NCBI GenBank assembly: GCA_031366795.1
Contig: JANLOX010000190.1
Location: forward strand, 1 to 10,917
Length of the DNA: 10,917 bases
Source of the DNA: Candidatus Eiseniibacteriota bacterium
GTDB taxonomy: Bacteria; Eisenbacteria; RBG-16-71-46
Direction: 5' to 3'
The notes under the pieces were generated by a model that made no database searches, was not told where the DNA came from, and saw only the letters and a list, made by a program, of their open reading frames with translations. Positions within the stretch are counted from its first letter, which is position 1. Every line of letters starts with the position of its first letter. This document shows positions 1-6,692 of this stretch, piece after piece. Position numbers and translations under genes: made by a program.

Positions 1-98
1 CGCTTGCCGACACGCAGCTGCGCTATGAAGCCGACGCGAAGCTGCTGCGTGACGCCTACTCGCTGATGCGCACGGCGATCCGAGGCGATCGTGGCTAA
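1..98 (+). CDS. flgB: Flagellar basal-body rod protein FlgB, 3' end only (truncated by window start)
   Basis: Manual translation from position 3 gives LADTQLRYEADAKLLRDAYSLMRTAIRGDRG* (TAA 96-98). This matches the FlgB C-terminal pattern (LA.NQL.Y.A.......L..AI.G). It lies directly upstream of flgC and overlaps its GTG start. Not in the ORF track. Confidence 0.85.
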   Translation, partial: LADTQLRYEADAKLLRDAYSLMRTAIRGDRG

Positions 99-516
99 CC
101 CCATCCTGTTTCCGCAGGTCCAGCGGCCCATGCGCAATCTCATGCGCCCCTTGAGCGCGCCCGCGGAAGGCATGGCCATCGAGCAGAAGTTCCTCGAGGT
201 CATCGCCAACAACATTGCCAACGTCGAGACGACGCACACGCCGGACGGCGGCGCCTATCGGCGCCAGATCGCCGTGTCGGAGCGTGATCCGGCGACGGGG
301 CAGTTGGTGACGCGCATCGTCGAGGACACGCAGCCGGGCCGCAAGGTCTACGACCCGGGCCATCCGGATGCCGACAAGGATGGCTTCGTAACCTACCCGA
401 ATGTCGATCTCAATTCCGAAATGGTGGACCTCATGCTCGCCCGCCGCATTCACGAAGCCAACGCCAGCGTATTCCAGGCCGCCAAGAGCATGCTCAAGCG
501 CGCGCTGGATATCTAA
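91..516 (+). CDS. flgC: Flagellar basal-body rod protein FlgC
   Basis: Contains IANNIANVETT, YRRQ, YDPGHPDAD.DGFV.YPNV and EMVDLM..RR..EAN motifs. GTG start with GAGG at 82-85. An alternative ATG start lies at 130. Confidence 0.96.
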   Translation: MANPILFPQVQRPMRNLMRPLSAPAEGMAIEQKFLEVIANNIANVETTHTPDGGAYRRQIAVSERDPATGQLVTRIVEDTQPGRKVYDPGHPDADKDGFVTYPNVDLNSEMVDLMLARRIHEANASVFQAAKSMLKRALDI

Positions 517-534
517 CAATCCCAGGGGATCGGC

Positions 535-816
535 ATGAGCATTCAGGGTCCAGGATCGAATCCGGCGCGGATGCCGCTGCAGTTGCCGGGCATTCCGGCG
601 GCTCCCTTAGGCCCCCGGCCGGCGCGCGCGAGTGGGCCAGCCGCACCCACGGCTGCCGCACAGCCTGCGACGCTATGGGAACTGCTGACGCCGGAAGAGC
701 GCACGTTTTTCCAGCAACTGGCGACGATGGGCCAGCTCACGTACACGCCGGGCGACCGCCCGGATGACAAGAACGGCGCAGCCCCGACGGGCCAGCGCAT
801 CGACGTGAGGGGCTAG
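535..816 (+). CDS. Hypothetical 93-aa protein inside the flagellar operon
   Basis: Fills the flgC-fliE gap in the same direction (18 bp after flgC, 5 bp before fliE), with an SD-like AGGGGA at 524-529. Pro/Ala-rich N-terminus, an amphipathic LWELLTPEERTFFQQLA segment, and a C-terminal GQRIDVRG. Confidence 0.8.
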   Translation: MSIQGPGSNPARMPLQLPGIPAAPLGPRPARASGPAAPTAAAQPATLWELLTPEERTFFQQLATMGQLTYTPGDRPDDKNGAAPTGQRIDVRG

Positions 817-821
817 CCGCC

Positions 822-1124
822 ATGACGTCACCGATTCGCGGCGTCGGCGTCTCGATCCCCGCACTCGAGCGTGCGGAATCCACGATGTCCACCGGTGAGA
901 CCGGTGGCGCCTCGTTCGGCGACCTCTTCAAGCGCGCCATCAACGACACCAACGGTCTTCAGGGCGACGCGAAGGACATGATCGGCGCGTTCCTGCGGGG
1001 CGAACCCGTCGAGCTGCACCAAGTGATGGCCGCCAGTGAAGAAGCCTCCATCTCACTCGAACTGCTGGTCGAGATCCGCAACAAGCTGACCGAGGCGTAC
1101 CGCTCGGTCATGAACGTCTCTTGA
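822..1124 (+). CDS. fliE: Flagellar hook-basal body complex protein FliE
   Basis: Motifs SFGDLFKRAI, G-EPVELHQVMAASEEA and EIRNKL.EAY...M. 100 aa, directly before fliF. Confidence 0.96.
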   Translation: MTSPIRGVGVSIPALERAESTMSTGETGGASFGDLFKRAINDTNGLQGDAKDMIGAFLRGEPVELHQVMAASEEASISLELLVEIRNKLTEAYRSVMNVS

Positions 1125-1167
1125 TGCTTGCGATGCCCTCCCTTAAGCGTGCAATTCGGAGCTGTTC

Positions 1168-2661
1168 ATGAGTGAAACCCCGAGCCTGACATCACTGCTG
1201 ACGCACCCCTCGACGCGCAAGTGGACCGCCATCGCGCTGACGGTGGTGTGCGCCTTAGGCGTGTGGTTGGTCAGCCGCTGGGCCTCCGAGCCCACGTATG
1301 TGCCGCTGTACCGCGGCCTCGAATTGAAGGACGTCGCGGCGGTAACCGATGGGCTCACCAAGAGCGGCATCCGCTTCCGCCTCGATGGCGGCGGCACCGA
1401 CGTGATGGTGCCGGTCGCCGACGCGGCGCGCGCCCGCGTGTCGCTCGCCAAGGACGGCCTGCCGTCCTCTGGCCGCCCGGGGCTCGAGCTGTTCGACAAG
1501 CCGGCGTGGGGCATGACCGACTTCACGCAGCGCGTCACGCTGCAGCGCGCGCTCGAAGGCGAGTTGGCGCGCACCATTTCTTCGCTGCAGGGAATCGAGC
1601 GCGCCGAGGTGCATCTCGTGCTGCCCTCCCCCAGCCCGATCCGCCGCCTCGAACATTCTGCCGGCGCCTCGGTCGTCCTCACCCTCAAGTCCGGCGTGCA
1701 GCTATCATCGGAAACCGTCCAGGGCATCACCTACATCGTCAGTAACAGCGTCGAGCAGCTGGGACCTGAAAACGTCGCCATCATCGACGACTCGGGCCGC
1801 GTCTTGTCGATGCCGTCCAGCGACGGGAGCGGCGCGGGCATGACCACGCGGCAGCTCGACATCCAGCGTTCGGTCGAGCGCCAGCTTGCGGGCAAGGTCG
1901 AGAACCTGCTCGAAACGGTGCTGGGACTGGGCCGCGCACGCGCGCAGGTGGCCGCACAGTTGAGCTTCGACCAGGTGGACCGCACTGTCGATACATTCGA
2001 TCCGGATGGTCAGGTACTGCAGACCGAACAGCGCAGCGAGAGCAGCCCCGGAGGTGCCGCAGACGGCAGCGGCGGCGCCCAGACGATCGTCAGCAACAAC
2101 TACCAGAACTCGCGGCGCATCGAGAAGGTCACAGGTTCGGTGGGCAATGTCTCCAAGCTCACCGTGTCCGTGTTGATCGACAAGGCGGCCCTGCAGGCCG
2201 CCGGTGCGCGCGATCTCTCGACCGAGCGGTTGCGTTCGATGGTGGCCAACGCCATCGGCATCGACAGCACGCGCGGCGACCGCCTGAGCATCGAGTCCGT
2301 GCGCTTCGAGCCGCTCGCCAAGGCGGATCTCGTCGCCGGCAAGCCCAAGGCTCCTCCGATGGACTTCGTGATGGTCGCCGACCGTGTCTCGCGGCCGGCC
2401 GTCGGCATCGCCGGCATCATCGTGCTGCTGGTACTGGCGTTGAAGCTGCTGAAGAGCGGCGGACGCGCGGTCGCTTCGAGCAGCGCAACACCTTCACCGC
2501 TGCCCAACATGAATGGCATGACGAATGGCGCGAACGGCGACGGCGCCAACGGTGGTGCCGCGGATCTCGCCGGCATGCGCAACCGCTTGCAGTCCGGCGG
2601 CTGGGAACGACCCGAGCTGGCCGCACAGGTGCTGCGTAACTGGTTGACGGAATCGCAATGA
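1168..2661 (+). CDS. fliF: Flagellar MS-ring protein FliF
   Basis: N-terminal TM segment followed by YVPLY..L, GLELFDK..WGMTDF, RALEGELARTI, A.VHLVLP and ASVVL motifs. A second TM segment lies near the C-terminus, which ends PELAAQVLRNWL. SD GGAG at 1158-1161. Confidence 0.97.
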   Translation: MSETPSLTSLLTHPSTRKWTAIALTVVCALGVWLVSRWASEPTYVPLYRGLELKDVAAVTDGLTKSGIRFRLDGGGTDVMVPVADAARARVSLAKDGLPSSGRPGLELFDKPAWGMTDFTQRVTLQRALEGELARTISSLQGIERAEVHLVLPSPSPIRRLEHSAGASVVLTLKSGVQLSSETVQGITYIVSNSVEQLGPENVAIIDDSGRVLSMPSSDGSGAGMTTRQLDIQRSVERQLAGKVENLLETVLGLGRARAQVAAQLSFDQVDRTVDTFDPDGQVLQTEQRSESSPGGAADGSGGAQTIVSNNYQNSRRIEKVTGSVGNVSKLTVSVLIDKAALQAAGARDLSTERLRSMVANAIGIDSTRGDRLSIESVRFEPLAKADLVAGKPKAPPMDFVMVADRVSRPAVGIAGIIVLLVLALKLLKSGGRAVASSSATPSPLPNMNGMTNGANGDGANGGAADLAGMRNRLQSGGWERPELAAQVLRNWLTESQ

Positions 2662-3686
2662 GCGTTCCTGCCCGCGCGCTGACGATCGATTCGCTCACGG
2701 GAGCGCAGAAGTGCGCCATCCTGTGCATGGCGTTGGGACCCGATGGGGCCGCCATGATCCTCAAGCGTCTCTCCCCCGACGAGGTCGAGGACGTGACGCG
2801 TGAGATCGCCACGCTGCCGCCGATCGACACCGAGCTGGCGAACGCCGTCATCGAACAGGGCCGCGTCGCCGCCGAGCTGACGATGTCGAAGCCGCGCGGC
2901 GGCATCGACTTCGCGCAGCGCGTGCTGGAGCAGGCACTCGGTGAGCCGCGCGCGCGCAGCGTCATCGACAAGGTCCAGGAGCAGGTCACCGAGGGCGAAA
3001 TGCGCCGCCTGCGCCGCTTGCCCAACGACATGCTGCGTGGCCTGCTGCAGGCCGAGCACCCGCAGACGATCGCCGTGGTGCTCGCCCATCTCGAATCCAG
3101 CTCCGCCGCCGTGTTGGTGGCCGGGCTGGGATCCGAGTTGGCCACCGAAGTGCTCGCGCGCATGGCCCGCACCGAAGGCATCGCCTCCGACATCGTGGCG
3201 ATCGTGGATGAAGTCCTCGCCAGTGCTGCGGACCCATCGCTGGTACGGCCGACGTCTTCGAGTGGCGGTCCGGGTGCGGTGGCGCGGCTCATCAACCATG
3301 CCTCGGGCTCGGGTGCCCAACTGCTGCAGAACCTGCAGGACAAGAACCCCGAACTCGCACAGCGGATCCAGAACCTGATGTTCGTGTTCGAGGACCTGCT
3401 GCTGGTGGACAACAAGGGCATGCAGCGGCTGCTGCGCGAAGTGGACACCAAGGACATGGCGCTGGCGCTCAAGGCCGCGAGCCCCGAACTGAAGGCGCAC
3501 TTCCGCGCTGCCATGTCGGAGCGCGCCGCCTCGGCACTCGAGGAAGAGATGGAGATCCTCGGCGCCGTGCGCGTCAAGGATGTCGAAGCCGTGCATGGGC
3601 GCATCATCGAGCATGTGCGCTCGCTGGAGGCCTCGGGAGAACTTTCGATCCGTGGCCGTGGAGGCAGCGATGATGTCATCGCCTGA
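2658..3686 (+). CDS. fliG: Flagellar motor switch protein FliG
   Basis: LTGAQKCAIL start, GGIDFA, EHPQTIAVVL and MFVFEDL motifs, and the torque-helix region MSERAA..LEEEME.LG.VR..DVE. ATGA overlap with fliF. Confidence 0.97.
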   Translation: MSVPARALTIDSLTGAQKCAILCMALGPDGAAMILKRLSPDEVEDVTREIATLPPIDTELANAVIEQGRVAAELTMSKPRGGIDFAQRVLEQALGEPRARSVIDKVQEQVTEGEMRRLRRLPNDMLRGLLQAEHPQTIAVVLAHLESSSAAVLVAGLGSELATEVLARMARTEGIASDIVAIVDEVLASAADPSLVRPTSSSGGPGAVARLINHASGSGAQLLQNLQDKNPELAQRIQNLMFVFEDLLLVDNKGMQRLLREVDTKDMALALKAASPELKAHFRAAMSERAASALEEEMEILGAVRVKDVEAVHGRIIEHVRSLEASGELSIRGRGGSDDVIA

Positions 3687-4353
3687 TCCCGTGCTGGTGT
3701 GGAGCCCCCCCGACCTCGATGCCGCGAGTGGCGGCACGCTCACCGCGCGCCTGCCGGCGCACGCGAGTGCCACGCGCATCGGCACACCGTCCTCACCCAC
3801 CACGGGCTGGGCACCGCCTGCACTGGAAGAGTGGCGACCGAAGCCGGCTCTGCCTAAGCAGAGCGAAGCGGAACGCGCCTATGAACAGGGCTTCGCCGAG
3901 GGCCTCGCAAACGGACGCAGTGAAGGACAGGGTGATGTCGCCCCCGCATTGAAAGCGCTCGACGGCCTGCTGGCACATCTAGGAGCGGCCGAGGCCGACT
4001 TCGCGCGCGAGCGTGAACGCAATCTCGTCGCCCTGGCGCTCGTCGTCGCCCGCAAGCTGGCGATGCAGGAGATCGAGGCGCGTCCCGAAGTGCTGCAGGC
4101 GCTGGTGAGCAAGGCGCTCGAGATGATTCCGGCCGCCGTGCCCTCCGAGATCCGCATGCACCCGGACGATCTTGAAGCGCTCGTGCCCGGCATCGAGAAG
4201 CTGGCGATGGAAGGCCACGCGCCGGCCGCGCAGTGGGTGGGTGACCCCTCGCTGACGCGCGGCAGCTTCATGGTCGAAAGCCCCGTGCGCGTGATCGATG
4301 GTCGCATCGACATCGCCCTGCGGTTGCTCTACGAAAGGCTCGAACGTGATTGA
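3670..4353 (+). CDS. fliH: Flagellar export apparatus protein FliH
   Basis: AxxxG(xxxG) repeat AYEQGFAEGLANGRSEG, IRMHPDD, and DPSLTRG...ES....IDG motifs. Lies between fliG and fliI. Start moved from 3580 to ATG 3670 (or 3673), based on GGAGG at 3660-3664. Confidence 0.92.
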   Translation: MMSSPDPVLVWSPPDLDAASGGTLTARLPAHASATRIGTPSSPTTGWAPPALEEWRPKPALPKQSEAERAYEQGFAEGLANGRSEGQGDVAPALKALDGLLAHLGAAEADFARERERNLVALALVVARKLAMQEIEARPEVLQALVSKALEMIPAAVPSEIRMHPDDLEALVPGIEKLAMEGHAPAAQWVGDPSLTRGSFMVESPVRVIDGRIDIALRLLYERLERD

Positions 4354-5701
4354 TCGCTCCCGCCAGAACTGGGCCCGGACGACCGCCACGACCATCGAGG
4401 AGACGCCGCGCTTCCCCTTGTACGGGCGCGTCACGCGCGTCATCGGCCAGGTCGTCGAGTCGTCCTCGATGCCCGTGGTCGTCGGCGAGGTGTGCCGCAT
4501 CGCTCCGGATGACCATCACGGCATGCTCGCGCAGGTCGTGGGCTTCCACGATCGCGGGGTCCTGTTGATGCCGCTGGGTGAATTGCAGGGTGTGCATCCG
4601 GGCGCGCAGGTGATCCCGTTCGCGCGCACGCTGTATGCCGAAGTCGGCGACGGGCTGATCGGCCGCGTCGTGGATGGACTCGGCCGGCCCATCGATGGCT
4701 TGGGCCCCGTCGGTACGACACGGCAGCGCTCATTGCTTTCCGCACCTCCGCCCGCCCTCGAACGTGCGCGCATCCGTTCCCCGTTGGGAACCGGTGTCCG
4801 CGCGCTCGACGGCTTGCTCACGCTGGGCCAGGGCCAGCGTGTCGGCATCATGGCCGGTTCCGGCGTCGGCAAGAGCGTCCTGCTCGGCATGGCCGCGCGT
4901 CACACCACCGCAGACGTCAACGTCATCGCGCTGCTCGGCGAACGTGGCCGTGAAGTCCGTGAATTCATCGAACGCGATCTGGGTCCTGAAGGCCTGAGCC
5001 GCTCGGTGGTCGTCGTTGCCACGGGCGACGAATCCGCCGTCGTGCGCGCCACCGGGGCATTGGTCGCCACCACGATCGCCGAACACTTCCGCGACGCGGG
5101 CAAGAACGTGCTGTTGATGATGGACTCGGTCACGCGTGTCGCCATGGCCTGGCGCGAGATCGGTCTGGCCGTGGGCGAGCCGCCAACCACCAAGGGCTAT
5201 CCGCCTTCGGTGTTCGCGCAATTGCCGCGCCTGCTCGAACGCGCCGGCACGGCGCGCACCGGGAGCATCACCGGGCTGTATGCAGTGCTCGTCGAGGGCG
5301 ATGATTTCAACGAGCCGGTCGCCGATGCTGCCCGCTCGATCCTCGATGGGCACATCGTGCTGACGCGGCGGCTGGCGAGCGCCAAGCACTTCCCCGCCAT
5401 TGATGTGCTCGAAAGCGTGAGCCGTGTGCGTGACGAAGTCATTCCCAAGGATCACCAGGATGCGGCGAATCTCGTGCTGCGTCTCGAAGCGGCGTACCAC
5501 TCGCACGAGGACTTGATCGCCGTGGGCGCCTACCAGAACGGCGCCGACCGTCTGGTCGACGCGGCGATCGCGCTGCGCACGGAGATCCATGCCTTGCTGC
5601 GCCAGACGCCCGAGGATTTCTCCAGCCCCGAGGAGATTCGCGCGCGGCTGCTGCGGCTCGCCGCCCAGGCGCGCGCCCACATGGAGGCGCGCCCGTCATG
5701 A
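4346..5701 (+). CDS. fliI: Flagellum-specific export ATPase FliI
   Basis: Walker A AGSGVGKS, GERGREV.EF, Walker B LLMMDSVTR, GEPPTTKGYPPS and DGHIVL motifs. Start inferred at GTG 4346 (AAAGG at 4334-4338, 8-bp overlap with fliH) rather than 4298. Confidence 0.97.
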   Translation: MIDRSRQNWARTTATTIEETPRFPLYGRVTRVIGQVVESSSMPVVVGEVCRIAPDDHHGMLAQVVGFHDRGVLLMPLGELQGVHPGAQVIPFARTLYAEVGDGLIGRVVDGLGRPIDGLGPVGTTRQRSLLSAPPPALERARIRSPLGTGVRALDGLLTLGQGQRVGIMAGSGVGKSVLLGMAARHTTADVNVIALLGERGREVREFIERDLGPEGLSRSVVVVATGDESAVVRATGALVATTIAEHFRDAGKNVLLMMDSVTRVAMAWREIGLAVGEPPTTKGYPPSVFAQLPRLLERAGTARTGSITGLYAVLVEGDDFNEPVADAARSILDGHIVLTRRLASAKHFPAIDVLESVSRVRDEVIPKDHQDAANLVLRLEAAYHSHEDLIAVGAYQNGADRLVDAAIALRTEIHALLRQTPEDFSSPEEIRARLLRLAAQARAHMEARPS

Positions 5702-6153
5702 CGCGCTTCCCGTTCCGGCTCGACCGACTGCTCTCCTTGCGCTCGCGCAAGGAGCGCGAACAGGGCGAAGTGCTCGGGCGCGCGCTGCGCGACGAAGCCG
5801 CGCGGTGTGAGGCGCTCGAGCAGGCACAGGCTCAGTTGGGCCATGCGCAACAGCAGGCCACACCGGGACAGGGCGACGTTTTGCTGGCCGGTGTGCTGCG
5901 CAATCTCGGACTCACCGTCACCGCAGCCGAAACACAACGCGACTCGGCAGCGGGCTCGCGCGATGCGGCGGTACTGCAGGTGGAGGCCGAACGCGAACGC
6001 TATACCACGGCACAACGTGACCGTCGCGTCATCGAACGGTTGCGCGAGAAGCGCCTCGAAGACTGGACCCGCGAACAGGGTCGCAAGGAGCAGCAGGAAA
6101 TGGATGGATTGGCGCTCGATCGCCACCGCCGCCAGCAGGAGGAGCAGTCGTGA
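5698..6153 (+). CDS. fliJ: Flagellar export protein FliJ
   Basis: F.FRL..LL.LR N-terminus, coiled-coil composition, and C-terminal R.IERLREK....W......EQ.EMD. 151 aa, ATGA overlap with fliI. Confidence 0.93.
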   Translation: MTRFPFRLDRLLSLRSRKEREQGEVLGRALRDEAARCEALEQAQAQLGHAQQQATPGQGDVLLAGVLRNLGLTVTAAETQRDSAAGSRDAAVLQVEAERERYTTAQRDRRVIERLREKRLEDWTREQGRKEQQEMDGLALDRHRRQQEEQS

Positions 6154-6692
6154 ACATGAAAGTCATCATGATGGCCGTTGGCGCATTCGTGCTGGGCTTG
6201 GGCGGCGGCGCCGCCGCGGTCTTTATGACCGCGCCGGTCAAGCCTACCCCGGCTGCAGCCGCGGCCGCCACGCACGGCGCCGCCGTGCAGGGAGCGGGGG
6301 CGCCCGCAGGCACCGCTGCGGCGGATTCCATTCACGCGGCGAGCGCGACTCCGCCGCTGACGCCTCCCCAACCGGCCGCGGAGTCATCGATCGCCGAGCA
6401 CGGCGCGAGCGCCAAGGACGCCAGGCCAGAAGCCGGACTCTCCAATCTCCCGAGCACCGCGAGCCTCGCCTCCACCGACAGCCCCGCCGGCTACCGGCAG
6501 GTGGCGCGCGTGTTGTCGAGCATGAAGCCCACCGACGCCGCGAAAATCGCGGCCTACCTCACCGACGACCAGGTCGAAGGAATCATCGGGCAGTTGGGCG
6601 TGCGTCAGGCGGCGAGCCTGCTGACCCAACTTCCCACCGAACGCGCCGCTGCGCTGAGCAAGCGGATCATGAAGAACACGGAGGCGAAATGA
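6150..6692 (+). CDS. YlxF/MotE/FlbB-like flagellar protein with an MgtE N-terminal-like helical domain
   Basis: N-terminal hydrophobic anchor or signal, Ala/Pro linker, then V..V.SSMKP.DAAKI...L.D......I...L..RQAA.LL..LP.ERAA.L. Its position between fliJ and fliK is that of ylxF in Bacillus. Start is GTG 6150 or ATG 6156. Confidence 0.8.
   Translation: MNMKVIMMAVGAFVLGLGGGAAAVFMTAPVKPTPAAAAAATHGAAVQGAGAPAGTAAADSIHAASATPPLTPPQPAAESSIAEHGASAKDARPEAGLSNLPSTASLASTDSPAGYRQVARVLSSMKPTDAAKIAAYLTDDQVEGIIGQLGVRQAASLLTQLPTERAAALSKRIMKNTEAK

Noticed and set aside
3705..3711. C7 homopolymer in fliH (another at 7728-7734 in fliK) as a phase-variation tract
   Set aside because: The tracts are short, encode Pro-Pro, leave the frames intact, and are expected by chance at this GC content.
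2100..3803. Long minus-strand ORFs (567 aa at 2100-3803, 420 aa at 2417-3679) and others such as 4730-5680, 6667-7581, 7214-8146 and 8421-9263
   Set aside because: They are antisense shadows of clearly identified flagellar genes. They have no recognisable motifs and are expected in GC-rich DNA where stop codons are scarce.
5807..6688. Apparent 294-aa N-terminal extension making FliK 811 aa
   Set aside because: It is an Arg-rich off-frame reading across fliJ and the ylxF-like gene. An SD and an ATGA overlap support the start at 6689.
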